A stretch of DNA of 39,008 nt. Source: Dehalococcoidales bacterium (GTDB lineage: Bacteria; Chloroflexota; Dehalococcoidia; Dehalococcoidales; Fen-1064). Numbering within the stretch: position 1 is the first letter of the stretch; every line of letters begins with the position of its first letter. Position numbers and translations under genes: made by a program. Below, piece by piece: positions 7,993 to 14,566 of this stretch. The notes beneath the pieces were generated by a model. The model worked only from the letters and a program-made list of their open reading frames with translations, had not been told where the DNA came from and did no database searches. The DNA is taken from NCBI GenBank assembly GCA_028713395.1, contig JAQTOJ010000001.1:1-39008 (forward strand). The letters run 5' to 3'.

Positions 7993-8207
7993 TTGCAATC
8001 CTTCTTTCCCCAGGGGTTACCTGTTTTAACGATGTTCAAGACTTCTTCGGCTGCGAGTCTACACATGGGCGTACCTTTGTAGCTGTGCTTACCAGCAATG
8101 CCTTTTAGTGTTTTAGTAGATGGACATTCTTTGCATGTCGGCGGGTATTCCATCTTTTTATTTTCCACTGCCAACAAATAACAACAGATCTTGTGGACGG
8201 TTTTCAT
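7983..8207 (-). CDS. small Cys-containing protein; possibly the 5' exon of a split gene
   Basis: 74-aa ORF. Its ATG overlaps the TGA of the preceding mini-ORF (ATGA). Confidence 0.4.
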   Translation of the reverse strand: MKTVHKICCYLLAVENKKMEYPPTCKECPSTKTLKGIAGKHSYKGTPMCRLAAEEVLNIVKTGNPWGKKDCKWP

Positions 8208-8296
8208 TGTTTAAATGCCATTATAATAAGACTTAAAAGAAAACATGCGGCAAACCACACCGCTGTCCAGTATAAAACTGATGCAATAGTTTTCAT
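8204..8296 (-). CDS. 30-aa hydrophobic peptide
   Basis: Own translation: MKTIASVLYWTAVWFAACFLLSLIIMAFKQ. Stop and start are coupled to both neighbours. Confidence 0.3.
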   Translation of the reverse strand: MKTIASVLYWTAVWFAACFLLSLIIMAFKQ

Positions 8297-8419
8297 TTAT
8301 TCACCTGCCATTTTTAGATATTGCCAACCAGCCCATAAAAGAATTAGTGAAATCCACCAAGGAGTAAATAATTGAACGACTACACAAGCTAGTGCCATCG
8401 TTAACCAGAATGGATCCAT
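8297..8419 (-). CDS. 40-aa hydrophobic peptide
   Basis: Own translation: MDPFWLTMALACVVVQLFTPWWISLILLWAGWQYLKMAGE. A TAATG overlap links it to the upstream mini-ORF. Confidence 0.3.
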   Translation of the reverse strand: MDPFWLTMALACVVVQLFTPWWISLILLWAGWQYLKMAGE

Positions 8420-8502
8420 TACGTTCTCCAAATCATCCACGATACCGTAGCACCGATAACGGGAGAGAGTAGGATTAAGAGGATGAGAGTGTCAGGTGTC
8501 AT
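8419..8502 (-). CDS. 27-aa hydrophobic peptide
   Basis: Own translation: MTPDTLILLILLSPVIGATVSWMIWRT. Confidence 0.3.
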   Translation of the reverse strand: MTPDTLILLILLSPVIGATVSWMIWRT

Positions 8503-8698
8503 TGCTAGTAGATTTACCCAACCGGCTATATTCGACTTCTTTGGTCAATTTCTCTATCGTCATCTCAAGCCACAACTTTTGTTTCTCCATCTCCGCAATA
8601 CGTGCTTCTAGCTTTTTGTAGTCTTCGTATTTAACCCAATCTCCGTCTTTTGGGCTGTGAATAAAATTCACGTTAACGTTGTATCTTTCTACGGTCAT
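8492..8698 (-). CDS. hypothetical coiled-coil protein (68 aa)
   Basis: ATG 8698 is preceded by GGGAGAGGAGATAT (strong SD). Confidence 0.5.
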   Translation of the reverse strand: MTVERYNVNVNFIHSPKDGDWVKYEDYKKLEARIAEMEKQKLWLEMTIEKLTKEVEYSRLGKSTSNDT

Positions 8699-8718
8699 AT
8701 CTCCTCTCCCAACTAGTA

Positions 8719-8820
8719 TCAATCAATTGATCCTAAGAGCCATGAAATAGCCACCAAAATAAAAGGAGCTAGGAATATCATAATCATGAGATAAAGATAA
8801 CCTTCGGTGCATTCATTCAT
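8719..8820 (-). CDS. 33-aa hydrophobic peptide
   Basis: Own translation: MNECTEGYLYLMIMIFLAPFILVAISWLLGSID. It starts 3 nt after the upstream stop. Confidence 0.3.
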   Translation of the reverse strand: MNECTEGYLYLMIMIFLAPFILVAISWLLGSID

Positions 8821-8823
8821 TAT

Positions 8824-9165
8824 TTATTTATCCTCCGTGAGAAGTTGCGCTAACGCTTGGGTGATGGCTTTGGATAATGTGGCACCGTAAGACTTATATG
8901 TTCGTGCCGATAAATCTTTATCGAAGTCCATAAATAACCTAACTTCCGAAGTTTTTCCGATGGACGATCCCCCCCTAGAAAATATTTCATAGGCATAAAT
9001 CTTCCCATCCTTCTTTGCTTTCTCTAGTAAGGCGAAGGCGGCTAGGTTGTCGTTTTCGTAGTCTGGTGTTAACTGAAAATAAATATCCTGGTTGATCTCT
9101 TCCGGGTATCTTGGATGATCATCGAACGCGATGGCTAGTCGTGCGTTTAAGCTGAGTTCAGTCAT
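8824..9165 (-). CDS. hypothetical protein (113 aa)
   Basis: ORF with an ATGA overlap to the upstream gene. Confidence 0.5.
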   Translation of the reverse strand: MTELSLNARLAIAFDDHPRYPEEINQDIYFQLTPDYENDNLAAFALLEKAKKDGKIYAYEIFSRGGSSIGKTSEVRLFMDFDKDLSARTYKSYGATLSKAITQALAQLLTEDK

Positions 9166-9377
9166 TTTAATTCAGCTTTGTAAGCAATCATTGGTGATCC
9201 GCAAAGCGTACACATTGGTAAATCTTGGCTCGCACTAACTTGGTTGAAATTCCCACAGCCAACACATTTTACAGTTAATCGCTTGATTAATTTATTTTCC
9301 AGACAATGTTGGTCGTGATGTTTTTTGATGTAGGCATCCCCACGAGAAAATTCATCTTCGTAATAGTCAGCGCTCAT
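9162..9377 (-). CDS. zinc-ribbon protein (71 aa)
   Basis: CVGCGN...CTLCGS (two CxxC pairs). SD GAGGAG upstream. Confidence 0.5.
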   Translation of the reverse strand: MSADYYEDEFSRGDAYIKKHHDQHCLENKLIKRLTVKCVGCGNFNQVSASQDLPMCTLCGSPMIAYKAELK

Positions 9378-9567
9378 ATTTCATATCTCCTCACAGTAAA
9401 CCTACTCACAGTGATGGCCGGGTGCCCCTTTAACATTGCAGTCTTAGGCTTCACCGTTATCCCAGCGACCGGCCTATCCCAGCTTTCGCTGCATCACTGT
9501 TTTCAGTTACACAGTTACCTGTGTTCGTCAATTCATTGCGTGTCGTCTGACTTACAGGTCATCATCC
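9378..9567 (-). ncRNA. structured intergenic RNA candidate (minus sense)
   Basis: No credible ORF. The minus-sense hairpins ACACAG-GTAA-CTGTGT and CAGC-GAAA-GCTG carry GNRA loops. An 8-bp closing helix CAGTGATG/CATCACTG and a GGCCGG/CCGGCC helix are present. GCTGGGATA is repeated twice. Confidence 0.35.
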
Positions 9568-9698
9568 CGGTCATCACGCTAAGCGGGTTCTCCGCTCCGA
9601 CACGACTATGCTGTTTTCTTCCTCCGACCGCTCTGAGTCGCGCAGCATTCTGTCGGTCTTACTTTCAAGCCGGTTGATTAGGCCAGCCTCACTCATGT

Positions 9699-9911
9699 TC
9701 ATTTAATCGACTCTGCTTCGTCTTTTATTTTTCCCAAAGCATGTAAAGTCATTCCAGGGTATTCTCCTTTAACTATCTCCGCCGCTCGCAGCATGCCTGC
9801 TTTGTAGAAGTGTTTTGCGAATACATATAGATGATTTACTTGTGCAGGAGGCAGCGAACGCTGACTATCGCATTTCATTTGTCTTTCCCATTCTTTCTCA
9901 AAGCTATTCAT
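9699..9911 (-). CDS. hypothetical protein (about 70 aa)
   Basis: ORF; the probable ATG is at 9911 (MNSFEKEW). Confidence 0.45.
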   Translation of the reverse strand: MNSFEKEWERQMKCDSQRSLPPAQVNHLYVFAKHFYKAGMLRAAEIVKGEYPGMTLHALGKIKDEAESIK

Positions 9912-10554
9912 CGAAACGCAACCCACGTCTTTTTATTTCTTCTTTTAAAATAGGCATAGCAACCGAAAGATCGTATTGCCCATCTGGGCTTTCGTTATAG
10001 AATTTACATGCTTTCAACAATTGTTCATTTGAAATTGGCTGCTCAGGCTCTTTGTTCGCCTCAATGACGCTCTTGACGGAATCTATTAGCATTGATAATG
10101 ATTTACCTAAATCTTGATATTCAACATGTCTTGTTTTCTTGATTGCCGCCTCTAAATACGCCATCACCTGTTTAGGGTCTTTGAGATTCACTGATTTAAC
10201 CTTTACATCGTAATTAGCATCATCGAAAGGCTTGTCGTACATAGTAGCTATTCTTCTTTCAACAAATTTGGCATTCTTGATTTGTTTTTCCCATTCATCA
10301 TAAGAAGCAAGACCTTTATCTACGATGTTCGGCGACGTATCCAATGGCGATTTTCCTTCTGGAATGTTTTCTAGATCGAGAGACTTCATGTTGTCTACGT
10401 GACCGCCTTGAAGTGTCCATGACATATTCGCTTCAAAACCTGTCCAGAAATGGATAATTCCAGTAACTGGATAGTTTGTATTTTTTATATCTGTACTCAA
10501 GATCGTTACTGGAGTTCCATTCTTAGTACGTACAGGTTTAGTGAAGTCGATCAT
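9904..10554 (-). CDS. hypothetical protein (216 aa)
   Basis: Long ORF, second major gene of the leftward operon. No motif recognised. Confidence 0.5.
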   Translation of the reverse strand: MIDFTKPVRTKNGTPVTILSTDIKNTNYPVTGIIHFWTGFEANMSWTLQGGHVDNMKSLDLENIPEGKSPLDTSPNIVDKGLASYDEWEKQIKNAKFVERRIATMYDKPFDDANYDVKVKSVNLKDPKQVMAYLEAAIKKTRHVEYQDLGKSLSMLIDSVKSVIEANKEPEQPISNEQLLKACKFYNESPDGQYDLSVAMPILKEEIKRRGLRFDE

Positions 10555-10634
10555 TTAATTCCTCGTCCTGAATGACAACGTAGCAGGGTCCAATCTCATC
10601 ACAGGTCTTATAGCAATAGCGTACGGTCGAAAGG

Positions 10635-10835
10635 TCAATCTCGTTTAGGTTTTCGACTTCTTCCATTACTAAGGTAGTCATGTAGTTTCTGTACGGTCAG
10701 TAATCCTGGGTTTGAAATACGTCCTTTAAAGAACTTAAAAAGCCAGGATGGGCTAACGCCTGCCTCGTAGGCTATTTGGTCACGAGGCCGCTCGTCTTTG
10801 AGCAATAAATCCAGTGTTTCTTGATGTAGGTCCAT
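10635..10835 (-). CDS. HTH transcriptional regulator (Cro/CI-like)
   Basis: DQIAYEAGVSPSWLFKFFKGR is a helix-turn-helix. It is the first gene of the leftward operon, next to the divergent control region. Confidence 0.6.
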   Translation of the reverse strand: MDLHQETLDLLLKDERPRDQIAYEAGVSPSWLFKFFKGRISNPGLLTVQKLHDYLSNGRSRKPKRD

Positions 10836-10958
10836 AGTTAGATACTATAATACAGTATTAGTTCTTGTAAACTATTACCCGATGAACGGTACTTGCGTAC
10901 TAGTACAATTGGATATATCCTTACAGTATCAGAACGGATTCAACCAAGGAGACGACCA
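10836..10958. promoter_or_regulatory. divergent early control region with operator-like repeats
   Basis: Contains TATAAT (10846-10851) and TACAGTAT twice (10851-10858, 10922-10929). Also the perfect 10-bp palindrome GTACTAGTAC (10897-10906), and three GTAC cores. Confidence 0.4.
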
Positions 10959-11120
10959 ATGGAACTGGACACACAACCGATGGAAATAGAGACGGAAACC
11001 TTTGAAGAATTACTGACCTTGCGCCGAGCCCTGCACGTTGCTCACTATGAGAACCCCATCGTGCTGGAACAGATTGAAGCGGGCATACAGAGCTATTTAT
11101 TCGGACCCGGAGATCGCTAA
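10959..11120 (+). CDS. hypothetical acidic protein (53 aa)
   Basis: ATG 10959 is preceded by AAGGAGACGACCA. It is the first gene of the rightward operon. Confidence 0.45.
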   Translation: MELDTQPMEIETETFEELLTLRRALHVAHYENPIVLEQIEAGIQSYLFGPGDR

Positions 11121-11121
11121 C

Positions 11122-11310
11122 ATGGACGAGTACATTTACTTGAAGCTACCGACAAAGCACTTTACCACGGCCGACGTGATTCGCTTTGCCAACAGCAAGG
11201 GAACGAAACCGAAGTGGAAACCGAACGACCTGGCGAAGATCATTACGCTAGAACCGGATCAGGATAACCCCGTCATGACCCTGGTTAAAGCAATGGAGTC
11301 GTCACGATGA
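11122..11310 (+). CDS. hypothetical protein (62 aa)
   Basis: ATG 11122 lies directly after the upstream stop. Confidence 0.45.
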   Translation: MDEYIYLKLPTKHFTTADVIRFANSKGTKPKWKPNDLAKIITLEPDQDNPVMTLVKAMESSR

Positions 11311-11567
11311 ATTTCAAAATCATGCGCAGATATCATTACGAAGATGTGAGAGAGGTATTCGGTATGATGCTCTTAGATAAAAAACTGTGGGACGCGATAG
11401 ACGAATGCGATTTAACAGAGATCGGGAGGATTGTTTATAAAAATCTCGACACACGGAAAAAAGAAATAGAAGAAGACGAAGGCTTCGATCCTGATGAAGC
11501 GGCACGAGATGTGATCCGAGAATCACAAGCAGCAGACATCCAACAACACAACAGGAAACTATCATGA
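11307..11567 (+). CDS. hypothetical protein (86 aa)
   Basis: ATGA-coupled ORF. Confidence 0.5.
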   Translation: MNFKIMRRYHYEDVREVFGMMLLDKKLWDAIDECDLTEIGRIVYKNLDTRKKEIEEDEGFDPDEAARDVIRESQAADIQQHNRKLS

Positions 11568-11854
11568 CCTTGAAATCAAAAGTGAGAGAAACCGGAAATC
11601 CATTTAGGATAGGAAAATATTATTTGATCCGAACGGTAACAATGATTATTACTGGGAAAGTGGTAAGAGTTTTACCTAGTGAAATTGTGTTAGAGGAAGG
11701 AGCATGGATTGCCGATACAGGTAGATTTTCAGATGCACTTAAATCCGCGAATTTTAATGAAGTTGAACCTTTTCCATCTGGAGAAGTAATCGTCGGACGT
11801 GGTTCTCTTATAGATGCCTGCATAATTTCTACTTCGCCTAGATCACAAAAATGA
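11564..11854 (+). CDS. hypothetical protein (96 aa)
   Basis: ATGA-coupled ORF. Confidence 0.5.
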   Translation: MTLKSKVRETGNPFRIGKYYLIRTVTMIITGKVVRVLPSEIVLEEGAWIADTGRFSDALKSANFNEVEPFPSGEVIVGRGSLIDACIISTSPRSQK

Positions 11855-12072
11855 ATCAGGCTATCTTAAAGTCTGGTTTTGATAAGAGCCGGAGCCGGAG
11901 CGGGAGCTGGAGCTGGAGCCGGAGCGGGAGCGGGAGCTGGAGCGGGAGCTGGAGCTGGAGCGGGAGCCGGAGCGGGAGCTGGAGCTGGAGCTGGAGCGGG
12001 AGCTGGAGCTGGAGCCGGAGCCGGAGCGGGAGCTGGAGCGGGAGCCGGAGCGGGAGCTGGAGCGTAATTTAA
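11851..12072 (+). CDS. repeat ORF read as Ser-Gly/Ser-Trp/Ser-Arg dipeptides (73 aa); the translated frame is uncertain
   Basis: ATG 11851 overlaps the upstream TGA (ATGA), so this frame is the translationally coupled one. The body is entirely the GGAGCN repeat. Confidence 0.35.
   Translation: MNQAILKSGFDKSRSRSGSWSWSRSGSGSWSGSWSWSGSRSGSWSWSWSGSWSWSRSRSGSWSGSRSGSWSVI
11885..12064. repeat. perfect hexanucleotide tandem repeat (GGAGCN)x29 plus one degenerate unit
   Basis: Counted by hand: 29 consecutive GGAGCN units at 11891-12064, with N = T 12 times, G 11 times, C 6 times and never A. The preceding unit is AGAGCC. Confidence 0.95.
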
Positions 12073-12100
12073 TCGTAAACTATCATAAGGAGACGTTGAC

Positions 12101-12184
12101 ATGGACTCGTTTACAGCAATTGTAGTGTTAACGGTATTTTCATTGGTGGTAGTAGCGGTTCTTTTATTAGCGAGTAAAGAATAA
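12101..12184 (+). CDS. 27-aa hydrophobic peptide
   Basis: Own translation: MDSFTAIVVLTVFSLVVVAVLLLASKE. SD AAGGAG lies 8 nt upstream. Confidence 0.4.
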   Translation: MDSFTAIVVLTVFSLVVVAVLLLASKE

Positions 12185-12348
12185 TGGAGAAACTTCTTTC
12201 GATTGCGTTCTTTGTGTTCTTTCTCTGCATGGTAGGGCTTTTGTTTTGGGTCATGGCTAAAAAAGATGTGGCCACGCCCGAAGAGAAGAAAGTCGAGTTC
12301 GACTACAACGCCTGGATGGTAAAGAAAACACCGGGGATTAAGAAATGA
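12184..12348 (+). CDS. 54-aa membrane protein
   Basis: Own translation: MEKLLSIAFFVFFLCMVGLLFWVMAKKD... TAATG and ATGA coupling on either side. Confidence 0.45.
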   Translation: MEKLLSIAFFVFFLCMVGLLFWVMAKKDVATPEEKKVEFDYNAWMVKKTPGIKK

Positions 12349-12557
12349 TCGACAAACAGAAAATAGAGGATGCAACTCTTAAAATGCACAACGCTCGTTG
12401 TAAATTAGAGGCGTTGTCGAGGATGAATGTTTACGGTCTTCTTCCAGAAGAAAGACTAAAAATAGATATTGAATACAACCTATCTAAAGCTGAAATGATA
12501 GAAGCCCAAAGAGAACTTGATATTGCTATCTCTTTCAGCGTCGGTGAACTTAAATGA
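12345..12557 (+). CDS. hypothetical coiled-coil protein (70 aa)
   Basis: Coupled ORF. Confidence 0.5.
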   Translation: MIDKQKIEDATLKMHNARCKLEALSRMNVYGLLPEERLKIDIEYNLSKAEMIEAQRELDIAISFSVGELK

Positions 12558-12739
12558 TCGACGAACACTGGCAGGATCAACAACGGCAGGATGATGAAGA
12601 AAGGCGGCGAGAAGTAGAAAGAGTATTGCTAGATTATTCTTATGGACTCACTAGCAAAAAGGGATTCGATATACTTTGCCGTGAATGTGGAATAAATAAA
12701 CCTGAACTTAGAGACCGATTTATCAAGGATAACACATGA
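12554..12739 (+). CDS. hypothetical protein (61 aa)
   Basis: Coupled ORF. Confidence 0.5.
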   Translation: MIDEHWQDQQRQDDEERRREVERVLLDYSYGLTSKKGFDILCRECGINKPELRDRFIKDNT

Positions 12740-13623
12740 ATGAATTAGTGAAGCAAGACTCACCGCTATCTGTCTCTGACGTAAAGGGGCAGATTCAAGT
12801 GATTCAGCATGTCATGCGCGAGGCGATGGTGAAAGGCACCCATTTTGGGATCATTCCAGGGTGTGGAGACAAGCCTACACTGCTTAAGCCGGGTGCTGAA
12901 AAGCTCTGCCTTACCTTTAGGCTTTCCCCTACCTACAAGGTAGAGAAAACCGACTTGCCTAACGGGCACCGTGAATACGATGTTCTATGCACGCTTACCC
13001 ATATCCCAAGCGATAAAGTCTTCGGGCAAGGGGTAGGTCTTTGTTCAACGATGGAGTCTAAATTCCGCTATCGGAAAGCTGAGAGAAAGTGTCCTGCTTG
13101 CTCAAACACGTCAATTATCAAGGGGAAGAAAGAGTACGGCGGCGGTTGGTTATGTTTCGCCAAAAAAGGGGGATGTGGCGCTAAATTTAAAGACGGAGAC
13201 AAGTCCATCGAGGATCAAGACGTAGGACGTTCGGAAAATCCTGATTTAGCTGATTCTTACAACACCATCCTAAAGATGGCGAAGAAGCGTGCTCACGTAG
13301 ACGCCGTGATAACAGCTTTAGCCGCAAGCGATATCTTTGCTCAAGACTTAGAGGACTTAACACCATCTGAAGACCCATATGCTAAGTATCAGGACTTAAT
13401 AAACCTCATAAAAGAAAGCATCAGTACCGAGGATTACTACAGCGGATCAAAGGCGTGGTTTGAGTCTAGCGACGATACCAAAACGCATCTGTGGGTAGCA
13501 CCAACAAAAGGTGGGCCGTTCACTACCGAAGAATGCAAAGTTATTAAAAGTACCGCTTGGCGGGAAGCATACTACGGTAAAACTTCAGATGTGGGAGACG
13601 GTATGCAATACGAGAATTTATGA
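12736..13623 (+). CDS. putative single-strand annealing/recombination protein (ERF-like) with an inserted 4-Cys zinc ribbon
   Basis: KPTLLKPGAEKL and NTILKMAKKRAHVDAVI...SDIFAQD resemble the conserved blocks of ERF-type annealases. CPAC...CFAKKGGC forms the ribbon. The assignment is from memory of the family only. Confidence 0.35.
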   Translation: MNELVKQDSPLSVSDVKGQIQVIQHVMREAMVKGTHFGIIPGCGDKPTLLKPGAEKLCLTFRLSPTYKVEKTDLPNGHREYDVLCTLTHIPSDKVFGQGVGLCSTMESKFRYRKAERKCPACSNTSIIKGKKEYGGGWLCFAKKGGCGAKFKDGDKSIEDQDVGRSENPDLADSYNTILKMAKKRAHVDAVITALAASDIFAQDLEDLTPSEDPYAKYQDLINLIKESISTEDYYSGSKAWFESSDDTKTHLWVAPTKGGPFTTEECKVIKSTAWREAYYGKTSDVGDGMQYENL

Positions 13624-13651
13624 ACTTAGGAAGTAGTCAACAGGAGGTTGT

Positions 13652-13843
13652 ATGTTACTAATTACGAGAAGAGTGGGAGAGTTTTTCTACATCGGGGACG
13701 ATGTACAGGTAAGAATTATGGGAATAAAGGGAAATCAGGTGAGGGTTGGAATTACCGCACCAGATGATGTAGCAATACATAGATCGGAAATTTACGACAA
13801 GATTCAACAAGAGAAGTTAAACGAAGACAACTTTAACAAATAG
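13652..13843 (+). CDS. csrA: CsrA/RsmA-family RNA-binding translational regulator
   Basis: [55 protein letters not shown] aligns along its whole length with E. coli CsrA ([55 protein letters not shown]). Confidence 0.9.
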   Translation: MLLITRRVGEFFYIGDDVQVRIMGIKGNQVRVGITAPDDVAIHRSEIYDKIQQEKLNEDNFNK

Positions 13844-13855
13844 GAGCATCAAATC

Positions 13856-14566
13856 ATGGAAATGCGAACAAGAGAAACAGATAAGTATAGTAGGGAGTTT
13901 TGGGAGTTTTTTGGGAAGTGGGTTGCGGTATTTTTATTTCTTACGTTGTTGGCTTTTTTCTGTCAACAAAGTAAAGCGCACGATGAAAAACAAAGTGACT
14001 GGCCGGTGAGGTTGTTTATTGAGTCGGGTATATCGCAGTATGACCAGTTACCCGATGGAAGTTTGTGGCAACATTCCTTCGCAGGGTATTACACCAAACA
14101 AGACATGAAGTCATGGTCTTTCAGAGTTGGCGGCGAATATAAAAACTTCCGCTTCGGATATTTCGACCTTGGTCAGTACCATACTGCCGCAGAAGCTTCA
14201 AACAATGAAGCCTGTACTATTGAGAGAAGGGATAAATCATGTCCGGGAGGCACACAATGGATTTACACATCCGGGGGGATAAGAGGAATTACGCTAACCT
14301 ATAATTTCAAGGTCTTTGACCTCATTAGAGCCGAAATTGGCCCTACCATGAACAGGCAAGATTTTACACTATTACCATCCGGTGTTCACGAAGTTGTTTA
14401 TGGTTACGGATATATGTTCGGTATCGGAGTAGATGGAAAGAATGTATACGCCGCTTTGCAAAGGTACTCGACAAACATCGGCGGAAGTATTACTGCAAAT
14501 GATGGCTTGAACCTTCCTTCCGGTGTTGGGAGTGCATGGGCCTTTGTCATTGGGCACAAATTCTAA
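13856..14566 (+). CDS. outer-membrane beta-barrel protein candidate (moron)
   Basis: N-terminal hydrophobic signal/anchor, alternating hydrophobic beta-strand patterns, aromatic-rich sequence, and a C-terminal ...WAFVIGHKF ending in Phe. Confidence 0.45.
   Translation: MEMRTRETDKYSREFWEFFGKWVAVFLFLTLLAFFCQQSKAHDEKQSDWPVRLFIESGISQYDQLPDGSLWQHSFAGYYTKQDMKSWSFRVGGEYKNFRFGYFDLGQYHTAAEASNNEACTIERRDKSCPGGTQWIYTSGGIRGITLTYNFKVFDLIRAEIGPTMNRQDFTLLPSGVHEVVYGYGYMFGIGVDGKNVYAALQRYSTNIGGSITANDGLNLPSGVGSAWAFVIGHKF

Noticed and set aside
9306-9677. Plus-strand 123-aa ORF
   Set aside because: It is antisense within a minus-strand operon and overlaps the start of gene 9162-9377. The interval is better explained as structured RNA.
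9568-9696. 42-aa minus-strand ORF (MSEAGLINRLESKTDRMLRDSERSEEENSIVVSERRTRLA)
   Set aside because: This is not fully rejected. It is plausible as a charged helical peptide, but it lacks a clear SD and lies in a GC-rich hairpin-forming stretch. It is left unannotated and mentioned in the finding.
9378-9698. A third group I intron (S-like CATAGTCG and R-like TAAGACTG present)
   Set aside because: The elements occur in the wrong order (S-like before R-like), and no P3/P4 pairing in group I topology could be found on either strand.
11885-12064. CRISPR array
   Set aside because: It has a 6-nt period with no spacers, so it is a microsatellite-type tandem repeat and not repeat-spacer architecture.
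11866-12375. Minus-strand 169-aa ORF ending in (Ala-Pro)n
   Set aside because: Its N-terminal two thirds are antisense to two well-supported coupled plus-strand membrane-protein ORFs, and it has no SD. Only the repeat part keeps it open. The AP reading is retained as a formal possibility in the repeat finding.
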